Shown: positions 49,944 to 58,490, counted from the first letter of the stretch. The stretch is 64,000 bases of DNA from an archaeon (GCA_018657525.1 JABHWZ010000003.1:14840-78839); one strand, 5' to 3'. The notes: generated by a model not told the origin, from the sequence alone. Numbers and translations: made by a program.

Positions 49944-50308
49944 TTTATTTTTTTTAATATTAATGCAGATCCTTTTGGATCCCTTGGATTTTCTAATCCT
50001 CTTCTTTCTATTTCTTCTCTATGTTCTTTTAAGATTGGATTGAATTCTATTTGATAGTTTGTTGGAAGTACCCAAAGACATTCTCTGTTTTTGCGCCCTC
50101 TTTTTTCTCCTTTACTTAAAACTTGATAGACTCTTCCTTCGGGAATATCCGTCGCATAATCTCCTCTTTCTAAGGGAGATTTTAGATAACTGCCTTGGAT
50201 AAATCTTTTAGATAATGATAATGAATGTTCTTGAGTTTTAAAATTAATACCATGAATTTGATATTTTAATTTTGTCGTTTTTATTCTTTTGGGTAGATTT
50301 ATTTTCAT
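49940..50308 (-). CDS. hypothetical protein
   Basis: Translationally coupled ORF. Confidence 0.55.
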   Translation of the reverse strand: MKINLPKRIKTTKLKYQIHGINFKTQEHSLSLSKRFIQGSYLKSPLERGDYATDIPEGRVYQVLSKGEKRGRKNRECLWVLPTNYQIEFNPILKEHREEIERRGLENPRDPKGSALILKKIK

Positions 50309-50316
50309 TTTATTTT

Positions 50317-50733
50317 TTAATGGCCATATTTTTTATGAAATGCTTCTGTTTCTTCTCTTTCCTCTTCAGGTGTCATGGCTGATATAGAATATGCTCCTTT
50401 TCCTGAAATAGATTCTATTTCTTCAACTCTTCTTACAAATCCTTCTATTCTCATTAATGTTCCTCGTTTCATGGGAGAATATCTTAGTTTGGTTAATGGA
50501 ATTCTTTTTGATTTATCTTTTAATGTCCTTAAAGTTGAAATGTGTTCTTGGATTTCTTGTTGGGTTAGATAATTAAAATGTCCTTTAAAACATTTGTTTT
50601 CTTCTTCATTGGATTTACTCGCTCCTATCTCTTGTGCCAGTTCTATTAAATTTCTTGCTCCCGCTGGATATCTTTCAGATATTTCTTGAAGTTTGCTTTC
50701 AAGATTTTCTATTGTTTGTGGTTTTAAAAACAT
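50317..50733 (-). CDS. hypothetical protein, paralog of 49172-49561
   Basis: See paralog. Confidence 0.65.
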   Translation of the reverse strand: MFLKPQTIENLESKLQEISERYPAGARNLIELAQEIGASKSNEEENKCFKGHFNYLTQQEIQEHISTLRTLKDKSKRIPLTKLRYSPMKRGTLMRIEGFVRRVEEIESISGKGAYSISAMTPEEEREETEAFHKKYGH

Positions 50734-50745
50734 TTTAGTTTGTCA

Positions 50746-50840
50746 TAATTATAATTCAATCAGCCCACCCTTATTGTGGAATTCCGCGAACCCAAATTGC
50801 AAAACATAAAAGATGTTTTGTTATGATTAAATTATAATTA
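50746..50840. repeat. family D element, diverged third copy
   Basis: AATCAGCCC...CCGCGAACCC.AATTG-hairpin-TTATGATT inside a long closing stem. Confidence 0.7.
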
Positions 50841-50861
50841 TTTTTATTAATGAATGTATTT

Positions 50862-50916
50862 TTATTCCTTTCCTAATCCTGCTAAGATACCCTAAAGGGC
50901 ACGAGAATCCTTGCAG
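50862..50916 (-). pseudogene. diverged copy of rfcS C-terminus (LAGLGKE*) abutting a family B element (50888-50916)
   Basis: TTA GCA GGA TTA GGA AAG GAA TAA versus CTT GCA GGA CTT GGA AAA GAA TGA. Confidence 0.8.
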
Positions 50917-50919
50917 TTA

Positions 50920-51882
50920 TCATTCTTTTCCAAGTCCTGCAAGGACAAAACTTGCTAATAGAGCTTGGAGTTGAATAAATGGGTCAGAACCCTCGACGAT
51001 TCTAAATTCAGCCTCTCCTGTTTTTTCAGTTAGTTTAACTTTTATTTCTGGTTCAACTGGGAGGTTCCAAATTTCTTTTTGAATTCCCTTGATTACATCT
51101 TGACCTGAGATTGATTCTTTTAACATTACGTCTAAAAGTTTTTCTCTTGCCTTTAAGAAATCTCCTGATAAAGCGTAATCTAAAACTACTTTGATATCTT
51201 TTGGTTTTGCATTAGAGATAATTGTTTCAACTAGTTGAGAAGTTATGTTTGGGGATATTGAAGCAGTTGATTGAATAATGTTTGTTGCCCGACGGCAGTC
51301 GCCTTCTGAACCTTCATAGATAATTTCATATGCGTCTGGATTAATTGTTAATCTTTCGTTTTCAGCTATATGTTTTAAATATTCTTCAATGTCTTTTTTT
51401 TCTAGTAATTTGAATCTGAAAAGAGCGCATCGTGACTGTATTGGATCGATTATTTTGCTTGAGTAATTACATGATAATATAAATCTACAGGTCGCTGAGT
51501 AATTTTCCATTGTTCTTCTCAGGGCTTGTTGAGCTTCGGGGGTTAATGCGTCTGCCTCGTCGAGAAATATGACTTTGAATGGGACACCGCCAATGGATTT
51601 TGTTCGCGCGAAATTTTTAACTTTTTCTCTAACTATTTGGATTCCTCGTTCATCAGAAGCGTTTAGTTCTAAGTAATTGTCTTTCCAGTCTTTGCCGAAA
51701 AGTTGCTTTACGATAATTAATGCTAGTGTTGATTTGCCTGTTCCTGCTGGGCCTGCAAAGAGTAGATGTGGGATATTTAGCGAATTAGTCAGGGCTTCTA
51801 ATCTTTTGATTATGTCTGTTTGACCAACGACTTCGGAGAATTTTGAGGGTCTATATTTTTCAGTCCAGATTTCAGATGTCAT
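50920..51882 (-). CDS. rfcS: replication factor C small subunit (no intein)
   Basis: WTEKYRP, GPAGTGKS, ELNASDERG, LDEAD, QSRC. Confidence 0.97.
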   Translation of the reverse strand: MTSEIWTEKYRPSKFSEVVGQTDIIKRLEALTNSLNIPHLLFAGPAGTGKSTLALIIVKQLFGKDWKDNYLELNASDERGIQIVREKVKNFARTKSIGGVPFKVIFLDEADALTPEAQQALRRTMENYSATCRFILSCNYSSKIIDPIQSRCALFRFKLLEKKDIEEYLKHIAENERLTINPDAYEIIYEGSEGDCRRATNIIQSTASISPNITSQLVETIISNAKPKDIKVVLDYALSGDFLKAREKLLDVMLKESISGQDVIKGIQKEIWNLPVEPEIKVKLTEKTGEAEFRIVEGSDPFIQLQALLASFVLAGLGKE

Positions 51883-51981
51883 ATTTTAATTTAGATGATT
51901 TGGCTTATAAATATTGTTATGGTTAATAGATAGAATTGGGGGGGTTAGTAAGAAGGAATTGTTAATGTTTTCTTCTCTGCA

Positions 51982-52200
51982 TTATGGTAGATATAATTCG
52001 GAATAATCACTTTCTGGAGCAGTAAGATTTTCTATTTCTGGATAGTTTACAAATTCTTCTAAGAGTTCAACTATTTGATCCTTCTCAACACTATCTAATT
52101 GAATTTTTCCTCTTTCTAAATCTTCTAAAAAATTAAGGGTTCTTTTTACTAGTCTTTGAACATCATTTTCACATTTTTTCCCTGTTGGATAATATGCCAT
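51982..52200 (-). CDS. small hypothetical protein
   Basis: 72-aa ORF. Confidence 0.5.
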   Translation of the reverse strand: MAYYPTGKKCENDVQRLVKRTLNFLEDLERGKIQLDSVEKDQIVELLEEFVNYPEIENLTAPESDYSELYLP

Positions 52201-52221
52201 ATTAAATCTTTAACTTATTTT

Positions 52222-52563
52222 TTAATAAGCATCAACTCTCACAAATTCATTTTTTCTATTTCGGTATAATCTAGCTAATAAGCTTGAATTTTTGGAGTTA
52301 GTAGATACTTCCAAAGTTAGTTCTGTCCCGTGAGTATTTCCCCTATATTGATGGCTTTCTAGTTCTAACCAATAATCTTCTTTTGGACAATATCTTGATT
52401 GTTCTCCATCTTCTAGTCCTGTATTTTTATAACCTAATGTACTTTTATGATTGTCTGTTAGTTGTAATGTTCCTGAACAACTTGGGCATCTAGTTAATTT
52501 AAGTTCTCGGAATATTTCTGTTACAATTTCTTGATTTAGGGGAATTTTTCTTCTTTTACTCAT
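52222..52563 (-). CDS. hypothetical protein with CPSC/CP motifs
   Basis: 113-aa ORF. Confidence 0.55.
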   Translation of the reverse strand: MSKRRKIPLNQEIVTEIFRELKLTRCPSCSGTLQLTDNHKSTLGYKNTGLEDGEQSRYCPKEDYWLELESHQYRGNTHGTELTLEVSTNSKNSSLLARLYRNRKNEFVRVDAY

Positions 52564-52623
52564 ATTAATAAAATAATTATTCTCCTTTTAAAAATAAATC
52601 TATTCTCTAAACTCTATTTAGAA

Positions 52624-52740
52624 TTATCTAGATCTCGCTCTTCTTACTTTTCTCTTTCGCTTTTCTTTTCTAAGTTTTTTACGTTGCCACTTCCAACGCA
52701 TTTGTCCTTTCTTTTTCCATCTACGGCTTGATCTTTTCAT
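52624..52740 (-). CDS. rpl41e: ribosomal protein eL41
   Basis: Hand translation MKRSSRRWKKKGQMRWKWQRKKLRKEKRKRKVRRARSR; MRWKW core. Confidence 0.88.
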   Translation of the reverse strand: MKRSSRRWKKKGQMRWKWQRKKLRKEKRKRKVRRARSR

Positions 52741-52794
52741 AAGAATTCTTAGAGAAATTGGTTTAAAAAGGTTTTGGGAAGAAAATTTGGGGGT

Positions 52795-53448
52795 TTATCT
52801 ACTTCTTTTAATTCCAATTTTTTTACAGAATTTGTTAAGTGGACATTTTGAGCACCAAGGAGAAATCGGTTGGCAGATTTCTCGTCCGAATTGAACAAAA
52901 ATTGAATTAAATTTTTGCCAGTATTTTTTTGGAAGGATTTGTTCGAGTGCGGTTTCGGTTTTTTCTGGAGTTTTGGTTTGAATCCATCCTATTCTATTTG
53001 GGATTCTGTGGCAGTGTGTATCTATTGGAAGCACGGGCTGATTGTATGCAAAATTTAAAACTATATTCGCTGTTTTTGGTCCAATTCCTTTTATAGATAA
53101 AAGTTCTTCTTTTGTTTTTGGAACTTGGGAATTGAATTTGTTTATTAATTCTTGAGAAACATGTTTTAATGTTTGGGCTTTTTTGTGATAATGTCCTGAA
53201 GAAAAAATTAATTTTTCTAATTTTTTGATTGAAAGTTTTAATATTTGTTTTGGTGTATCAGCTACTTTGAAAAGTTGTTTTGAAACTTTTTCTGTATTTT
53301 CATCTCGGGCTCTTAGAGAAAGTAAACAAGAAATTAAAATTTTAAAAGGATTTGTTTTGTCTTCTTGGCTCATCCTATTTAGAGTGGTAACTCCTCTATT
53401 AGGATATTTTTTAGAGAGGATTTTCATAATTTTATTAATATTTTTCAT
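52795..53448 (-). CDS. nth: endonuclease III
   Basis: HhH L.SIKGIGPKTA, DTH, CX6CX2CX5C. Confidence 0.95.
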   Translation of the reverse strand: MKNINKIMKILSKKYPNRGVTTLNRMSQEDKTNPFKILISCLLSLRARDENTEKVSKQLFKVADTPKQILKLSIKKLEKLIFSSGHYHKKAQTLKHVSQELINKFNSQVPKTKEELLSIKGIGPKTANIVLNFAYNQPVLPIDTHCHRIPNRIGWIQTKTPEKTETALEQILPKKYWQKFNSIFVQFGREICQPISPWCSKCPLNKFCKKIGIKRSR

Positions 53449-53458
53449 AAAGAATTGT

Positions 53459-54043
53459 TTATTTTTTTCTATATAAAATTTTGCCAAATGCATTTTTTGC
53501 GATTCCTGCGGCGTTTCCTTCGTCAGTATCTAAATGTAATGCCAGATTTCCTTCTTTGATTCTTACAATTACATCTTGGAAAATTATTTTCCTCTTATTG
53601 TCCACTTGGATATTTATTTTTTGTTTATCTTTTAATTTTAATTCTATTGCGTCTTCTTTTGAAAGATGTAAGTGGTTTTTAGCAATTATTATTGAAGATT
53701 TTATTTTTCCTTCAGGCCCATAAACTATAATTTTGGAAGTGTCGAAAAGATTTCCGGATATTCTAATTTCAGGAAGTGGGCTTAGTTTGAGATTGTATGC
53801 GTCAGTAAGAGAGATTTCTATTTGAGATTTTTTTCTTAATGGACCTAAAACAAGTAATTTTAATTCGTTGTTTTTATTTTTTATTTTAACTTTATCTATT
53901 GTTGAAAATTCTCCTTTTTGAGAAAGCATTTTTATTGGATTTAGTTTGTGGTCTTTTCCAAATAAAATTTTCATATCTGTTTCTGAAAGATGAATGTGTC
54001 TTCCCGAAATTTCTATTGGAATTTTTGTTTTTAAAATTTTCAT
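53459..54043 (-). CDS. pduL: PduL-type phosphate acyltransferase
   Basis: SGRHIHL, LGPLR, QIEIS.TD, HLH, LHLDTDEGNAA. Confidence 0.93.
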   Translation of the reverse strand: MKILKTKIPIEISGRHIHLSETDMKILFGKDHKLNPIKMLSQKGEFSTIDKVKIKNKNNELKLLVLGPLRKKSQIEISLTDAYNLKLSPLPEIRISGNLFDTSKIIVYGPEGKIKSSIIIAKNHLHLSKEDAIELKLKDKQKINIQVDNKRKIIFQDVIVRIKEGNLALHLDTDEGNAAGIAKNAFGKILYRKK

Positions 54044-55074
54044 ATTATTTTTAATACTTCATTTAATATTATTTTTTCCTCATTTGTTTTACGAACATAA
54101 ACTTTTACTTTTGAAGTTCTGGATGATATTATTTCTTTGTTTTGTAAGTTTTTATTCTTATCTAATTTGATTTTTAAAAATTCTAAGTGACTGCAAATGT
54201 CTTTTCTTAATTTTGAAACATTTTCTCCGATTGGTCCTGTGAAGACTAAATTGTTTAGTCCGTTGAGTGCTGCAGTGTATGCTCCGATTTGTTTAGTTAT
54301 TTGATAGCACAGTATTTCGTAAGCTAGTTTATTGTTTGGTTTGCGGAGATTTTTTATTATTTTTCTGAAGTCTGAAAAGCCGGAAATTGCTTTTAGTCCT
54401 GATTGAGTATTTAAAATTTTATTTGTGTTAAATCCTTTTTTTTCTAAAAAGATTACTAATCCAGAGTCTATGTTTCCTGAACGAGTTGCCATTATTATTC
54501 CTTCATTGGGGGTTAGTCCCATTGTAGTATCTATTGAAATTTTATTTTTTATAGCAGTTATGCTTATTCCTGCCCCTAAATGGCAGGTGATAGTTTTTCC
54601 TTTTAAATTTTCTGAAACTGATTTATGTGAAAGCCCGTGAAATCCGTATTTTTGTAGGGAATATTTTTTTGCAATTTTTTTTGGGATTGGATAAATTTTT
54701 GCAACTTTGGGAAGTTTGGAAAAGAATTGAGTATCAAATACTGCATATTGTTTTGGGTTTATTTTTTCGGCTAAGTTTATAATTAATAGTTGTTTTGGAT
54801 TGTGGAGAGGAGCAAATTGGGAAAATTTTTTTATTTGATTTTTTATTTTTGAATTTATTCTGGAAGGTTTTTTGATTTCTCCTCCGTGGACAACTCGATG
54901 GATTATTAAATCAACTTTTTTCTTTTTGACTGATTCTTTTATTTTATTGAATGATTTTATGTAATCTGATTTGCTTTTTAGTTTTTCGTATTTGTTTGAA
55001 ATGATTAATTTTTTATTTTGAAATAAACTATATTTTATTGAAGAGCTTCCTACATTGAAAATTAGTATTTGCAT
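54040..55074 (-). CDS. ackA: acetate kinase
   Basis: NVGSSSIK, HRVVHGG, APLHN, YGFHGLSH, CHLGAG, TNEE. Confidence 0.95.
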   Translation of the reverse strand: MQILIFNVGSSSIKYSLFQNKKLIISNKYEKLKSKSDYIKSFNKIKESVKKKKVDLIIHRVVHGGEIKKPSRINSKIKNQIKKFSQFAPLHNPKQLLIINLAEKINPKQYAVFDTQFFSKLPKVAKIYPIPKKIAKKYSLQKYGFHGLSHKSVSENLKGKTITCHLGAGISITAIKNKISIDTTMGLTPNEGIIMATRSGNIDSGLVIFLEKKGFNTNKILNTQSGLKAISGFSDFRKIIKNLRKPNNKLAYEILCYQITKQIGAYTAALNGLNNLVFTGPIGENVSKLRKDICSHLEFLKIKLDKNKNLQNKEIISSRTSKVKVYVRKTNEEKIILNEVLKII

Positions 55075-55127
55075 TTTTCACCTTATAAATAAATAGGAAA
55101 ATGATTATATAAATGTATTTTAGAAAA

Positions 55128-55216
55128 CGCCCTCGCCGAAAAAGTTCCCAACCCTGATTTTTAATTTTATAATTTACTTTCAGGATTTAATTAAAATCAA
55201 AGTTGCTCATCGAACT
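55128..55216 (-). pseudogene. tRNA-Glu 3' fragment interrupted by a family C element
   Basis: AGTTCGA + about 67-nt insert + TTCGGCGAGGGCG. Confidence 0.8.
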
Positions 55217-55279
55217 TATAAAAAGCTTTCTGAATTTACTCCAAAACTCTACGAGTTTAACAGCATTTAACAATGCTGG

Positions 55280-55924
55280 TTACGCCCTCGCCGAAGTGCG
55301 ACGGAGATTCGAAATAAATGATCGAATAGTTATTTGATTTCTAGATAATTTCAAAATTGTCTTTAACCTACTTTCTTTAAAATAATTACTTCTGTCATGG
55401 AGCGTTAAGATCCCATTTTGTTTTTTTAATATAATAAAATCTTCTTCATAATCTCCAGAAACTCCTGAAATCAGCAGGTATCCCTTTTCTTTTATACTAT
55501 TTTTTAAATGATTAAAAGATTCTTTCCAAGAATATTTCCTGTTTTCAAGATTGTAGTAGAGATTATTCATGCAAAATATCGCATCAAAATCATCTTGAAA
55601 ATTATGTCTATATCCATCTCCTTCAAGGAAAATCCCTTTTTTTCCAGAAGAAATAGCATAATCAATTGCTTCTTTATTGATATCAATTCCAATGACTTTT
55701 GAAGTAGAGTAGAACACAGATAAATCATGTGTGGTGAATCCCCTTGAACATCCCATATCTAAAATTAAACCATTATCTATTTTTGGAAGTTTTTCTTTAA
55801 AAACCATTTCTATTCTCCTGTGATGGCTGAGAGTATTTGTGTGGTAAGTAGGATATTTTTTACTTAAGATGTCTTCTTCCCTAAAAATTTTCCTTTGCCA
55901 TTCCTTTTCAGATGTATTTTTCAT
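55280..55924 (-). CDS. class I SAM-dependent methyltransferase
   Basis: ILDMGCSRG, GIDIN, FDAIFC; last codons run through a tRNA-Glu 3' fragment (55283-55313). Confidence 0.88.
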   Translation of the reverse strand: MKNTSEKEWQRKIFREEDILSKKYPTYHTNTLSHHRRIEMVFKEKLPKIDNGLILDMGCSRGFTTHDLSVFYSTSKVIGIDINKEAIDYAISSGKKGIFLEGDGYRHNFQDDFDAIFCMNNLYYNLENRKYSWKESFNHLKNSIKEKGYLLISGVSGDYEEDFIILKKQNGILTLHDRSNYFKESRLKTILKLSRNQITIRSFISNLRRTSARA

Positions 55925-56031
55925 AATAAATCACAAAATTATTAGCTTATAAATCTAACTAAAAATCAGGTGATTGTTTATTTTAAAATTAATTTGGATG
56001 AATAGATTATTCAATAACCTACGCTCCAACA

Positions 56032-56088
56032 CGCACTCGCCGAGATCCTGTCCTCAGGTTCTCGTGCCCCTCCGAAGGGTATCGAACT
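56032..56088 (-). pseudogene. tRNA-Glu 3' fragment interrupted by a family B element (56047-56081)
   Basis: AGTTCGA + 35 nt + ATCTCGGCGAGTGCG. Confidence 0.85.
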
Positions 56089-56106
56089 TCTCTGTTCGAA
56101 TTTCAA

Positions 56107-56296
56107 CGCCCTCGCCGAGATTCGAACTCGGGTCACCGCCGAACTCCATAAGAAAAGGTTGCATTGAGATGCTAGACCTTAATCTCTCATCGAGAAAAGA
56201 TCCCTTCTCTTTAGGTCAATCTGAATCAATCAATATAATTTATACAAACCAACTTATTTGAGAGGGCGGCATACTTGGCCTCTGTACTACGAGGGC
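56107..56296 (-). tRNA. tRNA-Glu(CTC) with 117-nt intron at 37/38 (56142-56258)
   Basis: Exons join to CCGCC-CTCTCA|C-GGCGG; BHB: CTCT/GGAG central helix, CAA and TTC bulges, ATAAG/CTTAT outer helix. Confidence 0.92.
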
Positions 56297-56336
56297 ATAA
56301 TAATCTTCAACAAAAAGAGTATTTAAATTTTTAGAA

Positions 56337-56494
56337 TAGCCCCTCTTGGATTGGTTTCGCAGCTGAACAAAGTGAAGACCGAAATCAGCGAGGAACTTTT
56401 TTCCGATGCTCGGACCTGGAAGGTTCGAAGACTGGAATAGCCCCTCCAGGATCCTGTCCTCAGGTTCTTGTGCCATCTTAGGTATCGAACCTTG
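56337..56494 (-). pseudogene. two tRNA-Gln 3' fragments, each with a T-loop insertion (56352-56409; 56453-56484)
   Basis: GGT(T/C)CGA + insert + ATCC..GAGGGGCTATT twice. Confidence 0.85.
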
Positions 56495-56506
56495 GTTCGA
56501 ATCAAA

Positions 56507-56579
56507 TAGCCCCTCCAGGATTCGAACCTGGGTCACCGGATTCAGAGTCCGATATACTTGACCACTGTACTAAGGGGCT
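56507..56579 (-). tRNA. tRNA-Gln(CTG)
   Basis: AGCCCCT acceptor (A1-T72), TCGGA-CT-CTG-AA-TCCGG, GGTTCGAATCC. Confidence 0.95.
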
Positions 56580-56671
56580 ATAAGAATAAGAGAATAATTC
56601 AGTTTTTAAAAATTTCTTTTTTACTTTCCCAAAACATTTTTATACTCTTTAGGCTTTGTTAATTTATTAAA

Positions 56672-56968
56672 ATGATAGGTGTAATTTTATTTGTTGTTGC
56701 GATTTTGGTAATTGTAGTTTGGTTGATGTTAGAATTTCAAAGATTAAAACATAAATTTTTGGCCATTTTTGTTATTGGTTTTATGCTTTCAGTTTATTTT
56801 ACTGGGTTTTATGTATTTAATGGTAAGGAAATAGATTATAAATCTGTTTCAGGATTAATTGATATGTCAAAAACATATTTTAGTTGGCTGTTTTCTATTG
56901 CAGGCAATTTTAAATCTCTCACTGTTAATGCAGTAAAAATGGATTGGAAAGGGAACTTAACTGGATGA
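56672..56968 (+). CDS. small membrane protein
   Basis: Two TMs; ends Y..WL...VKMDW. Confidence 0.7.
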   Translation: MIGVILFVVAILVIVVWLMLEFQRLKHKFLAIFVIGFMLSVYFTGFYVFNGKEIDYKSVSGLIDMSKTYFSWLFSIAGNFKSLTVNAVKMDWKGNLTG

Positions 56969-57192
56969 AATTTTGGATTTTGCTGTTGATGTTTTTTGCT
57001 ATTTCTGCATTATTAATTATTAGTAATTCTAATTTGTCTTTGATTAAAGATGAAAATATTGGTTTGTTTGGAGAGTTATATTTAGGGTGGCTAGAAAAAA
57101 TTTATAGCAATGTTCAGATTGTGACTGGGCAAGTGGTGAAGATGGATTGGATGCCAGAGCAAGATTTAAATAGTGCATCTTCCAATAAATAG
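56965..57192 (+). CDS. small membrane protein, similar to preceding gene
   Basis: Shares Y..WL...N...T...VKMDW. Confidence 0.65.
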   Translation: MKFWILLLMFFAISALLIISNSNLSLIKDENIGLFGELYLGWLEKIYSNVQIVTGQVVKMDWMPEQDLNSASSNK

Positions 57193-57198
57193 TATAAA

Positions 57199-57567
57199 AT
57201 GGCTAAACCAAGTAGGTACCCCAAGTCTCGGAGTTCTGGGGCAAAAAAAGTTACTAAAAAGAAGGTAATTAAATCTCGTAAAAAAGCTGTAAAAAAAGTC
57301 TTTAAGAAAAGAGTTGTTAAAAGAGCTGTTAAATCTGAACCTTTGATTAAACCAATGCGTGCCACTAAAAGAAAAATTAATCTTGTTTTGAGTAGCTTGC
57401 TTTTCTTTTTAGTTTTAGCAATTATTTCAATTGTTTTATTTTCTGCATCTCAAAGTTTGTTTTTTCTGAATTTATTTTTCTTATTAGCATTATTATTTTC
57501 ATTTCTTAGCTTAGCTTTTTTCTTGTCTTTTTTAGTTCTTCTTTTTATGAAATTGATGAAACGTTGA
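57199..57567 (+). CDS. Lys-rich N-terminus + two-TM protein
   Basis: Basic low-complexity region then TMs. Confidence 0.65.
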   Translation: MAKPSRYPKSRSSGAKKVTKKKVIKSRKKAVKKVFKKRVVKRAVKSEPLIKPMRATKRKINLVLSSLLFFLVLAIISIVLFSASQSLFFLNLFFLLALLFSFLSLAFFLSFLVLLFMKLMKR

Positions 57568-57627
57568 TTAAATTTTAAAATTTTTTTAATCAATTAGCTT
57601 TATATAAGCTTGTTCTTGAAAGTTTGT

Positions 57628-58134
57628 ATGGAAAAGGAAAATGAATCAAGTGTAGAAGAGGATTGTTTGGACGAATTGAAAAAAGTTTATTTGGAAATTC
57701 AGAAAAAATATTCTTTACCAGATTTTGATAAACTTAATGAAGATTTTAATATAGAAAAATTAGCAGATGTTGAGACAGAATATTTAATTAGAGAAATAAG
57801 GAAATTTATGGCAGATAAGTTTTCAAATTATTTAAGATTTATCGAGACGATTCTTAATCCAGTTAATGCGCAGGTTCTTGTTTTTACAATTATAAAGACA
57901 TTGGGAAGTGCGGAAAAAGAAATACTTTCTGAGATATATAAAAAATTAGCTAAAAAGGAAGTTGAACTTATTGAATTAGATATTCAGTTTTCTGAAGAAA
58001 GAGAAGCAGAGTTTGTTAAAGATTCATTTGCAATTTGGCAAGGTATGAAGAAAGATTTGTTGCAAATTATTGGAGTGATAAAAAAGAATTGGAATAATAA
58101 AGTTGAAAGTAATGGAAAGAATTATTTTGGTTAA
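57628..58134 (+). CDS. hypothetical helical protein
   Basis: Ends NYFG; start re-called. Confidence 0.65.
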   Translation: MEKENESSVEEDCLDELKKVYLEIQKKYSLPDFDKLNEDFNIEKLADVETEYLIREIRKFMADKFSNYLRFIETILNPVNAQVLVFTIIKTLGSAEKEILSEIYKKLAKKEVELIELDIQFSEEREAEFVKDSFAIWQGMKKDLLQIIGVIKKNWNNKVESNGKNYFG

Positions 58135-58135
58135 T

Positions 58136-58454
58136 GGGATTTTCTTTTCAAAAAGAAAATCTACAGTGCAAAAGAAAAATATGTTGACAAATCTCTGGCG
58201 AGATTTGTTAATGAGAATTGTTTTCTAATTTCTCCGACGAACAATTCCCGACCCTCCCCCTTTTCTTTTCAAAAAGAGCACGCAAGGTGTACTCTTCGAG
58301 CAAATCTACAGTGCAAAATGGGTTTTTCTTTTAGAAAAAGAAAAGCTACAGTGGTAGAAAAAAATATATTGACAAATCTCTGGCGAGATTTGTGAGTGAG
58401 AATTGTTTTCTAATTTCTCCGATGAACAATTTCCAGCCTTCTCCTTTCTTTTAT
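58136..58454. repeat. diverged tandem duplication of a ~135-nt multi-hairpin unit
   Basis: GACAAATCTCTGGCGAGATTTGT..GAGAATTGTTTTCTAATTTCTCCGA twice; CTACAGTG three times. Confidence 0.85.
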
Positions 58455-58490
58455 CAACAACTTTATAAGTTTAGATTTTCTTGCTTTTTT

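Noticed and set aside
49491..50740. Diversity-generating retroelement TR/VR pair
   Set aside because: The repeat lies at the 5' coding end of both paralogs, with no separate non-coding template copy and no reverse transcriptase in the window
55128..56494. tRNA fragments as Nanoarchaeum-type split tRNA halves or BHB-intron tRNAs
   Set aside because: Intact genes are adjacent, the fragments lack the anticodon arm and carry mismatches, and I see no complementary leaders or clear BHB at the inserts
55974..56536. ORFs 55974-56261, 56240-56536 and 56323-56505
   Set aside because: They overlap tRNA genes and fragments; spurious
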